DNA of 64,000 nucleotides from a virus: IMG/VR virus record IMGVR_UViG_3300043499_000238, positions 47,141 to 111,140 of that record; one strand, 5' to 3'. This document shows positions 8,488 to 17,562 of this stretch, piece after piece. The notes under the pieces were generated by a model that worked only from the letters and a program-made list of their open reading frames with translations, was not told the origin of the DNA and ran no database searches. The number at the start of each line of letters is the position of its first letter. Within the stretch, counting starts at the first letter, position 1. The position numbers and the translations under genes are program-made.

Positions 8488-8898
8488 ATGGCCTCGAACA
8501 GCGATCGCAGACATCTCTCTACACCGGGAGATGGATCGCGTCCGGGGCCATGGTTGCCGTTCCAGTCGACCCGGCTCAACGTCGCTAGGTACGACTCGGG
8601 CCTGCAGCAGATCCAGGTCATCTTCCGCGACGGCACACCGTGGGTCTACGACCAGGTGCCCCGCAACGTGTGGCGCAACTTCCGTCGAGCACCGTCGCCC
8701 GGTAGGTACATCGAGCGGGTGCTCAACGGCTTCCCCTACTTCCAGGGATCGTTCAGCTACTCAGGCCACCTCGACACGCGCGACGACGAGGAGTTCGGCG
8801 GCGACGTCGAGCCGGAGCGTCAGGTCGTCGGTCAGCAGTTCGGCGGGCCGAGGACAAGCGGCACGCCGCTCCAGTCGGTCGGCAATCCCTGGGTGTGA
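8488..8898 (+). CDS. KTSC domain protein
   Basis: STRLNVARYDSGLQQIQVIFRDGTPWVYDQVP...WRNFRRAPSPGRYI matches the KTSC pattern. Confidence 0.8.
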   Translation: MASNSDRRHLSTPGDGSRPGPWLPFQSTRLNVARYDSGLQQIQVIFRDGTPWVYDQVPRNVWRNFRRAPSPGRYIERVLNGFPYFQGSFSYSGHLDTRDDEEFGGDVEPERQVVGQQFGGPRTSGTPLQSVGNPWV

Positions 8899-9200
8899 AC
8901 AAGGTCTGGCTCCACACCTACTGGTTGGCGTGGGGGCCGATCGCTCCGTCAGTGACGTCGCTCAGCGATCGCCAGCCACGCATCCAGCGTGCGTGGATGC
9001 GCTCGGTCGCACCTCCCTACTACGAGGGCATCGGCATCGCCATCCGCTTCGGCGTCAACACCCTCCGCTTCGGTACCTGCACACCGCTCGGCAGTGTCAC
9101 CCGGCCGGACCTCGATGACGGGATCATCGAGTCGATCTTCGGCCGCCCCGTCGACAAGGAGCAGGAGGGCACATGGGGTGGCGTAGAGAGAAGCGCCTGA
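8895..9200 (+). CDS. Hypothetical protein
   Basis: GTGA overlap with the KTSC gene. Confidence 0.6.
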   Translation: MNKVWLHTYWLAWGPIAPSVTSLSDRQPRIQRAWMRSVAPPYYEGIGIAIRFGVNTLRFGTCTPLGSVTRPDLDDGIIESIFGRPVDKEQEGTWGGVERSA

Positions 9201-9421
9201 CCGAGTACCCGGTGCACGAGGCGGTGGAGGTCTCGTACCAACGCTCGCTGACGATGGACCGCACGACGTTGCTGACGTGGTCCGAGGCGACGGCCGTCAA
9301 CATCGATCGGCTGCTCGCCGAGTACCGCAAGGGCCAGCCCAGTGCTGCCATCGAAGCGCACCACCAAGCGCTCCAGCTCGTCGGGATGACGCGCGCCATC
9401 TACGAGCAGGCCATCGTCTGA
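9173..9421 (+). CDS. Hypothetical helical protein
   Basis: GGAGG RBS, in operon. Confidence 0.65.
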   Translation: MGWRREKRLTEYPVHEAVEVSYQRSLTMDRTTLLTWSEATAVNIDRLLAEYRKGQPSAAIEAHHQALQLVGMTRAIYEQAIV

Positions 9422-9452
9422 GGTCATGAAACGGTGTCGTACGGTTACCTCT

Positions 9453-9668
9453 ATGAATGTTCCCGTGATCGCTCGCCAGGTGGCCGACGCCCTCCAGCGG
9501 GTGGTCCCTGGTACCGACCTGACCTCCGAGACGTTCGAGGAGGACCGGGTTCGGGTGACGATGAACTGGCGCGACGCACTCGTGCTGATCGACTTCATCG
9601 AGGAGCACAAGAAGGCGATGAGACCTAGCCAGCGTCAGGTGTCGCTCTTCGGCCCTACCGATCAGTGA
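9453..9668 (+). CDS. Hypothetical protein with C-terminal QVSLF
   Basis: TACGGT-7-ATG. Confidence 0.6.
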   Translation: MNVPVIARQVADALQRVVPGTDLTSETFEEDRVRVTMNWRDALVLIDFIEEHKKAMRPSQRQVSLFGPTDQ

Positions 9669-10087
9669 CGCCGATTGCTGACGAGCTTCATCGGCGGGAC
9701 GGCGACATACAGCCGGTAGTCCCACGGCCCCAGTGTCTCGCCCGGTCGCTCCCTGAGCGGCCAGCCAAGCTTGCGTAGGTCGCGCACCCGGCGGAGCGCC
9801 TCCGAGCCGTGGACGAGCAGGTCTCTGCCAGGCACCCATTGACGGTTGCGGATCCACAGGTGCCGCCAGCACTTCCACATCACCGTGCCTCGTACCGCCT
9901 CGTACTCCAGCGCCGCCAGGATTGAGTTCCAGGTGCCGTCGTAGTTGGGGCCGACGACCGCATGCCCATTGCGTTTCGTCTGCAGCTCGAACGTCCCCTC
10001 GACATGTCCTATCGGTGCACTCTCCCCGTGCAGTGCATACTCCCGTCCCTGCAGGTCACGGAAGATGTACGGCTTGCGTTCAGGCAC
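9662..10087 (-). CDS. Hypothetical protein, possible C-terminal winged HTH
   Basis: GSEALRRVRDLRKLGWPL...YRL; GATAAT-7-GTG; divergent from terL. Confidence 0.55.
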   Translation of the reverse strand: MPERKPYIFRDLQGREYALHGESAPIGHVEGTFELQTKRNGHAVVGPNYDGTWNSILAALEYEAVRGTVMWKCWRHLWIRNRQWVPGRDLLVHGSEALRRVRDLRKLGWPLRERPGETLGPWDYRLYVAVPPMKLVSNRRH

Positions 10088-10134
10088 ATCGTTGATTATC
10101 ACACACTCGGAGAGGCCCGTTCTAAGCTGCCCGT

Positions 10135-11721
10135 GTGACGGCAGCCGTACGCGAGATCGCCGAAGAGCGATACGAGGAGTACGTCGAGGAGCAAGAGGAG
10201 GCCGAGGACTTCGTTGAGGTCGACCCCGACTCCGAGGAGTTCATCCACGAGCTGACGATGCGCTGCATGGTCTTCATGGAGGCGCTGGCCGAGATACAGC
10301 TCCACCCCTATCAGAAGGATCTGGCGTACCGCACGATCCAGTCGGTGTTGCTCAACGACGGCGCCGAGATCACCGCCCTGTGGGCACGCCAGTCCGGCAA
10401 ATCGACAGCGCTGGCGTCGATCATCGCGACGATGATGGTGCTGCTGCCCAAGTTGGCGGCCGCCTATCCCGAGCACTTCCCCCAGTTCGCTCGTGGGTTC
10501 CTCGTCGGAGTGTTTGCTCCGACTGAGGAGCAGGCGTACACGGTGTGGTCGAAGATCCACGACATCCTCACCTGCAAGCGCGGCCGCGAGATCCTCAGCG
10601 ACGAGGACATCGAGGACGTGCCGCAGAAGGAAGGCTCCAAGGTCAAGGTCGTCCGCCTCGTCAACAGCGGCTCGCTGTGCCGCATGCAGACCGCCAACCC
10701 GAAGGCGCAGATCGAGTCGAAGACGTACCACTTCGTGCTCCTCGATGAGAGCCAGGACTGCGACTCGGAGAAGGCACGCAAGTCGATCTTCCCGATGCTC
10801 GCCTCGACCAACGGCACCAAGGTGTTCACCGGCACCTGCTCGCGCAAGCGCAACTTCTTCTATGACGCCATCCAGGCCAACAAGCGCAAGGCGCTCCGTC
10901 GAGGCTCCCGGCAGGACCACTTCCAGTACAACTGGAAGGTCGTCGTCAAGTTCAACAGCTTCTACAAGAAGTACATCGCTGGGGAGAAGGAGCGGCTCGG
11001 CGAGGACAGTGACGAGTTCCGCCTGAGCTACGCATGCGAGTGGTTGCTGGAGTCGGGGATGTTCGTGACCGAGGAGTCGTTGGACTTCCTTGGCGATCCC
11101 GGCATGGAGATCCAGCCGTGGTTCGTGGTCGACAAGTGCGTTGCGGGAATCGACGTGGCGCGCACCAAGGACTCGACCGTCGTCACCGTGATGTGGGTCG
11201 ACTGGAACAACCCCGACCCGTACGGCTACTGCCAGCACCGCATCCTCAACTGGCTGGAGATCCACAACAAGCTGTGGGAGCAGCAGTACGCACAGATCAT
11301 CGAGTTCCTGTCGCACTACAACGTCGCGATCGTCGGTGTCGACGGTCAGGGCATGGGCCAGCCCGTCGGCGAGCGCATCGCCCACGAGATGCCGTGGGTC
11401 GACGTGCGCATCCTCAGCTCGGACCAGTCCACCCAGGAGAAGCGCTGGAAGCGGCTCAAGGCGTTGATCGAGCGGCGCATGTTCATCTACCCGGCCGGTC
11501 GCAAGACCAAGAGGCTGCGCTGCTACAAGCGCTTCCGGCTGCAGTTCGAGGAGCTGGAGACGGCGTACAGCGGCAAGTACATGCTCGCCGCAGCGCCCGA
11601 GGCGGTCAACGCCTTCGATGACTACTGCGACTCGGCGGCCCTCGGCGTGGCCGTCACCGAGGACGAGGACTTCGGCGTGGTGCAGGTGGTCGACTCACCG
11701 TTCCATGGTCGCCACCGGTAA
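10135..11721 (+). CDS. terL: Terminase large subunit
   Basis: Walker A ARQSGKST, Walker B FVLLDESQ, coupling FTGT, RNase H-like AGIDVA..DST and DDYCDS. Confidence 0.95.
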   Translation: MTAAVREIAEERYEEYVEEQEEAEDFVEVDPDSEEFIHELTMRCMVFMEALAEIQLHPYQKDLAYRTIQSVLLNDGAEITALWARQSGKSTALASIIATMMVLLPKLAAAYPEHFPQFARGFLVGVFAPTEEQAYTVWSKIHDILTCKRGREILSDEDIEDVPQKEGSKVKVVRLVNSGSLCRMQTANPKAQIESKTYHFVLLDESQDCDSEKARKSIFPMLASTNGTKVFTGTCSRKRNFFYDAIQANKRKALRRGSRQDHFQYNWKVVVKFNSFYKKYIAGEKERLGEDSDEFRLSYACEWLLESGMFVTEESLDFLGDPGMEIQPWFVVDKCVAGIDVARTKDSTVVTVMWVDWNNPDPYGYCQHRILNWLEIHNKLWEQQYAQIIEFLSHYNVAIVGVDGQGMGQPVGERIAHEMPWVDVRILSSDQSTQEKRWKRLKALIERRMFIYPAGRKTKRLRCYKRFRLQFEELETAYSGKYMLAAAPEAVNAFDDYCDSAALGVAVTEDEDFGVVQVVDSPFHGRHR

Positions 11722-11745
11722 CGGGGCGGGAACTACGCTGGGACC

Positions 11746-12147
11746 ATGACGATTGCACCGAACCCGCTCTTCCCCGAGCGGACGTCCCAGGCGTACGAGC
11801 TGGCCTTCGCTGCGAACCCTGCGGGCAACCGCGGGGACATGCGGTTCGAGGAGGGCATCGGCACCGACACTGACGTCCCCAACGACTTCGTGCGTGGAGC
11901 GTTCATGGACCCGACCTCGGTTCCCGGGCGGCTCAGCCACAACAACCCCGACATGGTCTACAAGAGCGCCGAGGAGACGATGCGCGAGCGCGCACACGTC
12001 GGCAGCGCTTCGTGGATCGAGGCGCCAGCGATGCTGAGCGACTTCGTCGCCGGAGCGGGCGTCGGCCAGACGCCGCCCTCCTTCGAGATGATCCGCGTGC
12101 CCGGCACCTACATGTACCGCCGGGCGCCAACGGTCATTGACGACTGA
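11746..12147 (+). CDS. Hypothetical head-module protein
   Basis: TACGCT-6-ATG; well-formed 133-aa ORF. Confidence 0.75.
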   Translation: MTIAPNPLFPERTSQAYELAFAANPAGNRGDMRFEEGIGTDTDVPNDFVRGAFMDPTSVPGRLSHNNPDMVYKSAEETMRERAHVGSASWIEAPAMLSDFVAGAGVGQTPPSFEMIRVPGTYMYRRAPTVIDD

Positions 12148-12153
12148 GCTGCC

Positions 12154-12714
12154 GTGGCGCGCTCGTACAAGTCAGCGCTGCCGACGTGGTCGACGTACAC
12201 GCCGCACGTCTCCCCGCTCGGGATCCAGGCGCCTGTGAACCAGGAGACCATCTGGCGTAATCGAGCGCGCCAGTTCTCGCCTGCTGGCATCCACGGCGAG
12301 ATGAACCGCGCCATGCTCGGGATCCAGGCACAGGTGAAGGGCACGGGCGCCGGGTACGCCGCTGTGCAGACGGTTGGCCACACGCCACTCATCGACGCCG
12401 CACAGGGCTTCGCCAACCAGCGCCGCGACGCCCAGCGCACCTGGGCGGCGCACATGCAGGACTCGCTCCAGCGTCAGGCGCCCGAGGACATGGTCGCCCC
12501 CGGCGAGGCGCCTCCGCAGGAGGAGACGCAGGTGCGTGCCGCACGTACCGCACCCGACACCGTCAACCCCGCCGACGTGCAGACCCAGGACGCCGCTCGC
12601 GGCTCCGCCGAGCAGATGGTCGGAGGCGTGCTGCGCTCGAAGCGCTCCGGCCCGTCCACCATCCCCGTGTCGATGACCCAGTCGGGCATCTTCGTACCCA
12701 CGAGAGGCAGATAG
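12154..12714 (+). CDS. Hypothetical protein
   Basis: ORF in operon, A/Q-rich. Confidence 0.65.
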   Translation: MARSYKSALPTWSTYTPHVSPLGIQAPVNQETIWRNRARQFSPAGIHGEMNRAMLGIQAQVKGTGAGYAAVQTVGHTPLIDAAQGFANQRRDAQRTWAAHMQDSLQRQAPEDMVAPGEAPPQEETQVRAARTAPDTVNPADVQTQDAARGSAEQMVGGVLRSKRSGPSTIPVSMTQSGIFVPTRGR

Positions 12715-12716
12715 CC

Positions 12717-12872
12717 ATGGCAGATCAGGACTACGTCGGGCAGCTCGCCCCCGGTGAAGAGGCGGCCGGTGGGCCGATCGATGAGCCGTACCAGGGCTTC
12801 GCTCCGTACATGCACCAGGGCCAGTCGATGAACGAGGCGTTCGCCGAGGGCGCTCAGGCCGGTCGCTACTGA
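12717..12872 (+). CDS. 51-aa hypothetical protein
   Basis: GAGG RBS; MADQDYVGQLAPGEEAAGG...GRY. Confidence 0.55.
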   Translation: MADQDYVGQLAPGEEAAGGPIDEPYQGFAPYMHQGQSMNEAFAEGAQAGRY

Positions 12873-12911
12873 TCGACCCGGCCCGATAGGGCCGTCGCTT
12901 ACGCTGGGCGT

Positions 12912-13394
12912 GTGGACACCAACTGGGGTATCAGTCTCGTCCGCACCATCGTTGTTCCGCTCTCGATCGGCTTGCTCGTCTCGTTGCTGATCCCCTTCGG
13001 TGGCGGCTCTTCCTCCTTCGTCGGGATCGCAAGAGTCGCCACCATCTTCTCGATCGCCGTGGCGTGGTATGTCTGCGCCCGTCTGGCCCAGCGCGCACGC
13101 CCGCAGCTCGGCTTCCTCCTCGGAGTCTCTGTCCGACCTCGGTACGGAGAGGACGGTGAACACGAGCTAGCGCCGTCCCTCCGACGCACGCTCGTGCCGC
13201 TCGCCGTCGCCACGGCGGTCGGGTGCTTGGTTGCGGCGTTCATCGGGGGCGCCACGCCTGCACTGGCCGTCGTGGCGGCCGCACTTACGTACTACGGAAG
13301 CCTCCGCTACATCGAGGTCTACGCCCGTCCCTACTCGACAGCTCGGGACGTCGCTGGGTGGTTCCTCGGCGCCCGAGCTGTCCCCTACTACTGA
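12912..13394 (+). CDS. Membrane protein with internal tandem duplication (holin-like unit x2)
   Basis: Two halves SLxRT(I/L)V..P...Y...R...G(F/W)xLG...PxY; four hydrophobic segments. Confidence 0.7.
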   Translation: MDTNWGISLVRTIVVPLSIGLLVSLLIPFGGGSSSFVGIARVATIFSIAVAWYVCARLAQRARPQLGFLLGVSVRPRYGEDGEHELAPSLRRTLVPLAVATAVGCLVAAFIGGATPALAVVAAALTYYGSLRYIEVYARPYSTARDVAGWFLGARAVPYY

Positions 13395-13403
13395 GGAGTC
13401 GAC

Positions 13404-14858
13404 GTGCCGAGGAAGAAGGCCGCAGCAGCGCCAGGACCGATGTCACCGGACGAGCTGCGCGCCGCATACATCCCCGGCGTGGGGCCGCAGGGATCGATCA
13501 ACGGCGTCAAGCCGCACCGCACCGCCGCCGGTCGTGAGAAGCAGCGGGCCGCCCGTGAGGAGATGCACCGCACGATCCCGCAGCAGGAGCTGCCCGAGTC
13601 GGGCGAGGCCGTGCGCATGCCCAACCCGAAGTCAGCCAAGTTCCACAAGCCAGCCGTGATGAGCGAGGCCGAGTCGGTGCAGGCGGCCAACGCTCGTGCG
13701 TCTCGCGCTGCGTGGGAGCAGACGCCCGAGGGCAAGGCGCGCACCGCCAACATGAGCGACCTGATGGGCGCCGATGCCAAGGGGATGTCGATCCGCCAGG
13801 TGTACGGAGCCAAGAAGGCACCGACGCGCGACCCCGGCCCGGTGACCGGTCAGCTACAGCTCCCCGGCATGGCCGACCCCCACGCAGCTCCGCGCCCGGC
13901 GCGCTGGGAGGAGCTGTCGGAGGCCAACCGCAGCCACGCCCTCAAGGGGCTGGCGCTTCACGGCACGAGCATCGAGCAGATGATCGGCGACTATGGAGCG
14001 CAGATCGACCAGGCCCACCACCGCGCCTGGCAGGCCGGTGCCGAGCGGCCCTTCTCGCAGGAGTTCTACAGCGTCGGTGAACCACGCCAGGTGATCAGCC
14101 AGTCGGCGCACGAGCTGGGCATCCCCGAGCAGATCCACTCGCACATGAACGCCCTCACGTCGCCGAACACCAAGTTCAGCCAGCGCACCAAGGAAGGCGA
14201 GACGGTCTACCCCAACAACCGCGCCGCCGAGCACGCAGTGCGTCACGTCCAGCAGGGTGGTGATCCGGCCGACCTGACCAACGCCTTCTCGACCACCGGC
14301 ATGGAGCGCTGGAAGGGCGAGCACGCCCAGGGCTACGAGAAGAACATGATCAAGGCGGCGTCGTCGTACCAGCAGCACGAGGCTGGCGTTCCTCCGGCGG
14401 AGTGGGTGACCGGCAAGAAGGGCGAGGGTCCGTTCGAGTCATCGCCCAAGACCGGCCCGTACTCCAACTCGTGGAACGACTCGCACCCGCAGTTCTTCGT
14501 CAGCGACGTGCACTCCGGTGGCGGCGGCTTCCTCCCCCACCTCTCATCGGACAAGCCGGTGCCGATGGAGGGCGGTCAGATCAAGCGCACCGCCTCGGGC
14601 AAGAAGGCGTCGGTGAAGAGCGAGCGCGAGGTCGGCATCGAGCGCACGCCGTTCTTCCATGCCGCTGCCGACTACGCAGCGCGCCAGGCGCACGAGGCCC
14701 GCGGCATCGCTCACGTACGGGAAGGCCAGGCGGTGCAGTGGGGCGAGGAGCAACTGCAGCGCGGTGAGGCCGGGATGCGCGGCGCCCCCAAGCAGCGCGA
14801 CGTCTACCCGGCGGCGGTCAACACCAAGCAGTTCAACCACCCGTCGCTGTTCGACTGA
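13404..14858 (+). CDS. 484-aa protein with possible HhH/glycosylase-like C-terminal domain
   Basis: Motif series ALTSP..N..A / PKT.PY / VSDVH / QAVQW resembles phage HhH-like families; GAGGAG RBS. Confidence 0.5.
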   Translation: MPRKKAAAAPGPMSPDELRAAYIPGVGPQGSINGVKPHRTAAGREKQRAAREEMHRTIPQQELPESGEAVRMPNPKSAKFHKPAVMSEAESVQAANARASRAAWEQTPEGKARTANMSDLMGADAKGMSIRQVYGAKKAPTRDPGPVTGQLQLPGMADPHAAPRPARWEELSEANRSHALKGLALHGTSIEQMIGDYGAQIDQAHHRAWQAGAERPFSQEFYSVGEPRQVISQSAHELGIPEQIHSHMNALTSPNTKFSQRTKEGETVYPNNRAAEHAVRHVQQGGDPADLTNAFSTTGMERWKGEHAQGYEKNMIKAASSYQQHEAGVPPAEWVTGKKGEGPFESSPKTGPYSNSWNDSHPQFFVSDVHSGGGGFLPHLSSDKPVPMEGGQIKRTASGKKASVKSEREVGIERTPFFHAAADYAARQAHEARGIAHVREGQAVQWGEEQLQRGEAGMRGAPKQRDVYPAAVNTKQFNHPSLFD

Positions 14859-14868
14859 GGAGACCACG

Positions 14869-15060
14869 ATGAGCAACTACGAGAACGAGCGGGAGATGTG
14901 GGACGACATCGCCCGCAACGATCGCCCGAGCGGCCGCATGATCCGTCGGGTCGGTGTGCACCCCAGCAACTTCGGCAAGGGACCGGCGCTGCAGAAGAAC
15001 GCGAGCGGAAGTGGGTACCACGTCAAGGGCGCCCCCGGCTTCGAGGACGATCCCGACTGA
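14869..15060 (+). CDS. Hypothetical protein
   Basis: GAGGAG RBS, MSNYENEREMW... Confidence 0.65.
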   Translation: MSNYENEREMWDDIARNDRPSGRMIRRVGVHPSNFGKGPALQKNASGSGYHVKGAPGFEDDPD

Positions 15061-15091
15061 TGGCCAGTTACCACTACCCAAGGGGAAGACA

Positions 15092-15310
15092 ATGAAGCAG
15101 CTCGCAACCGTCATGCTCGCCGAGATCATGGACTCGCCGGACTTCGCCGAGATCATGTTCCTCGTGGCGTTCATCCTGTTCGTCATCGAGGTCGTGCGTC
15201 TCGCCGTCGGCCGCGGCTCGGCGTGGGACTTCCACTGGATCCTCGTCGTCGCCGGTCTCGCCTGCATCTCTCTCGGGCTGCTCGCCCTACCGACCGGCGC
15301 AGCACCGTGA
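15092..15310 (+). CDS. Small 2-TM membrane protein
   Basis: Two hydrophobic segments, AGGGGA RBS. Confidence 0.65.
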   Translation: MKQLATVMLAEIMDSPDFAEIMFLVAFILFVIEVVRLAVGRGSAWDFHWILVVAGLACISLGLLALPTGAAP

Positions 15311-15417
15311 CGCCAGCCGTGCTGTCGGCGATCCTCGCTGATGGCATCTATGTCGGCGGCGGCTTCCTGCTGCTGGTGCTCGTCATCATCCTGATCGTCA
15401 TCCTGCTGCGGAGATAG
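15307..15417 (+). CDS. 36-aa single-TM peptide
   Basis: GTGA overlap; YVGGGFLLLVLVIILIVILLRR. Confidence 0.6.
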   Translation: MTPAVLSAILADGIYVGGGFLLLVLVIILIVILLRR

Positions 15418-15419
15418 CG

Positions 15420-15635
15420 ATGGCCGCCCACGATCATCTCGGCGCCCAGTTCGGTGTCGGCGACACCGTGCACGTACCAGGCCACGGGCCGGTCACCGTC
15501 GAGTCGATGAACAAGCGCTACTTCTCCGGCACCACGGCGTCCGGTGAGCGTCTCGGTCAGACCGGCATCGGTCTGGCCGCCGGGCAGGGGATGCGTGGCG
15601 GCACCCCGTGGCGGGTCGAGAGAGGCGCCGAGTAG
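15420..15635 (+). CDS. Small SH3/KOW-like protein with N-terminal DHLGAQF tag
   Basis: MAAHDHLGAQFGVGDTVHVPGHGPVTVESM. Confidence 0.6.
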   Translation: MAAHDHLGAQFGVGDTVHVPGHGPVTVESMNKRYFSGTTASGERLGQTGIGLAAGQGMRGGTPWRVERGAE

Positions 15636-15638
15636 CTC

Positions 15639-16433
15639 GTGACGATCCGAGGCCGTATCTACCGAGGGGAGGTGCGCCACGCCGTTCCGACGTACCAGCA
15701 CCCCGACCCAGCGGCGCATGCGGCCGAGGATCCCGAGGGCTTCCTCCACCAGTGGATGCAGCCGCACTACCCGTACCCGAAGGGCTGGACCGGCGACGCT
15801 CCCACCGTCGGCCAGCACTGGACGCGCTCGCCGCAGAGCATCCCCGAGCGCTTCATCGAGCCGGTGCTGCTGCGCCCGCAGCCGGGTGTGCCGATGGGCA
15901 AGCGTGAGCAGACCGCCGTGATGCGCCGGGAGGCGACCGAGCAGGACACGGGTGGCCCGGGCTACGGCATGCCCGGCCACGAAGAGCACCAGGAGATGAT
16001 GCGCAAGTACGCGGCGCATGCCGACCGAGCTGACCGTCAGGGCATCAACACGTACCACGATCTCTCCGGCGGCGACCCGGACCGCCCGGGAGCGGCCAAG
16101 CCGTACAAGATGGCCGTGGTGTGGGAGGGCCAGCACCATGAAGCTGCCGAGCAAGGCACCAACTACGAGGACGAGCTGAACATCCCCATGGGTGAGCACG
16201 TCACCGTCACTGGTGCGCGCATCTACGTACCGAAGCCAGGCGTGGAGCACGACTTCCGGGCGCGCCACCCGTCGGTGTTCACGCCCGAGGAGCACGCCCA
16301 CGCACGGGCCGACGTGATCACTCGATCGGCGTACAGCCACATCGACCCCCACTCGTCTATCCCTTGGAGCCGGATCCAGTTCGAGAACGCTCAGCAGCTC
16401 AAAGTCGATCGCTACCGGGGAGGGTCGCGCTGA
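15639..16433 (+). CDS. Putative ADP-ribosyltransferase (R...ExE type)
   Basis: IYRG strand, GQHWTRS, YEDELNIPMGEHVTVTG (ExE). Confidence 0.6.
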   Translation: MTIRGRIYRGEVRHAVPTYQHPDPAAHAAEDPEGFLHQWMQPHYPYPKGWTGDAPTVGQHWTRSPQSIPERFIEPVLLRPQPGVPMGKREQTAVMRREATEQDTGGPGYGMPGHEEHQEMMRKYAAHADRADRQGINTYHDLSGGDPDRPGAAKPYKMAVVWEGQHHEAAEQGTNYEDELNIPMGEHVTVTGARIYVPKPGVEHDFRARHPSVFTPEEHAHARADVITRSAYSHIDPHSSIPWSRIQFENAQQLKVDRYRGGSR

Positions 16434-16447
16434 GCTACAGTGATCTT

Positions 16448-16816
16448 GAACGTTGGCGTGAAGAAGGGGACGAGTTATGCGACAACCGGCTCGCCCTGGA
16501 GTAGTCGCTGACGACGGGGTCGGGCCGCAGGCACGCAGGTCCGGTTGGTCCGACCCCGACCATTCGATGGAGGGCACGTACTGGTGATCTCGATCGGTGC
16601 TGGTGAAGCACGGGCACTTGCCCCTGACGCTTTCCTTGGATGCGACGTACAGCCTTCTGGTTCGCCGGACTGGCCGAGGCGGGACACCATGGTCTGTCGT
16701 TCAGGGAGAGAGACCCGGATGGATCCAGAGACCGACGAGGGCATCGGGTAGGCGTTCACGGACGTTGAGAAGTGCGGGGGGACCGTGATCCTCCCAATGC
16801 GGCGACGTGCCCTCCC
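16448..16816 (+). ncRNA. Candidate ~370-nt structured non-coding RNA
   Basis: Own TACAGT box (16436-16441) not followed by a start codon; perfect 11-bp long-range stem 16569-16579/16805-16815; 12-bp stem 16515-16526/16547-16558; several small hairpins incl. a UUCG loop; no credible ORF. Confidence 0.6.
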
Positions 16817-16844
16817 TCAATCCAGCGAGCAGTACGGTTGGTCC

Positions 16845-17057
16845 ATGGCCAAGCACGAGCACATGACGCCGGTCGACGCCGTCACCCACGCCGCGCTCAT
16901 CGGGCACTTGATCCGCGGCACGGTGGTCGAGGGCAAGAGCTTCGTGGAGGCACACGCCGATGCCCGCAAGGCTGTTGGCGCCGGAGCGGAGAGCCACGTC
17001 CGTCACGCCGGTCCTGCGATCGATGAGGCGCTCTACCCGTCGTGGGCGCAGCCATAG
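16845..17057 (+). CDS. Hypothetical His-rich protein
   Basis: TACGGT-6-ATG; MAKHEHMTPVD... Confidence 0.65.
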   Translation: MAKHEHMTPVDAVTHAALIGHLIRGTVVEGKSFVEAHADARKAVGAGAESHVRHAGPAIDEALYPSWAQP

Positions 17058-17093
17058 CTCCCCCGTGATCGGGGCCAGATCTACGCTGGGGCC

Positions 17094-17561
17094 ATGACGA
17101 CCCCTGCTCCCGTCCTCACGATCACGCCCGCCTCCGTGAACCGGACGGCCGCCGATCTCACCCCCACCGTGAACCTCGCCGACACGGCGACGCACACGCC
17201 CGTCGCCACCGGCCGCTCGTTCCGGTTCGACGCCGTTGCCGTGAAGGCGACCGTCGGCGCTACCGGAGCAGGCATCTCCTCCGCAGTGCCGTACCCCGTC
17301 AACCTTGCCGCCGGTACTCGCCAGGGCAGCGTCGCCACGACGAATACCGACGGCACCGGCACGAGCGCCAACGTTGCGCTCACCGTGACCGACGCAGTCG
17401 CCACGCAGTACGCCACGCCGGTCTACGTCGAGAACAACAAGAACGTCAGCCGCTGGTTGCCCGAGCAGCTCCCCAACGAGTACCGCGACCCCACGCTGTC
17501 GACGCCGGGGCTGCCCACGGCGACGGGCGTGTACAACGCCCGTACCCGCGGCGTCATCTGA
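17094..17561 (+). CDS. Hypothetical Thr/Ala-rich beta protein (possible virion decoration)
   Basis: TACGCT-6-ATG; Ig-like composition. Confidence 0.65.
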   Translation: MTTPAPVLTITPASVNRTAADLTPTVNLADTATHTPVATGRSFRFDAVAVKATVGATGAGISSAVPYPVNLAAGTRQGSVATTNTDGTGTSANVALTVTDAVATQYATPVYVENNKNVSRWLPEQLPNEYRDPTLSTPGLPTATGVYNARTRGVI

Positions 17562-17562
17562 C

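Noticed and set aside
16448-16816. tmRNA, RNase P RNA, tRNA, self-splicing intron, or the short ORFs listed in the track
   Set aside because: No tRNA-like ends, no GAGGAAAGUCC motif, no interrupted gene; the ORFs lack SD/leaderless signals and protein-like composition.
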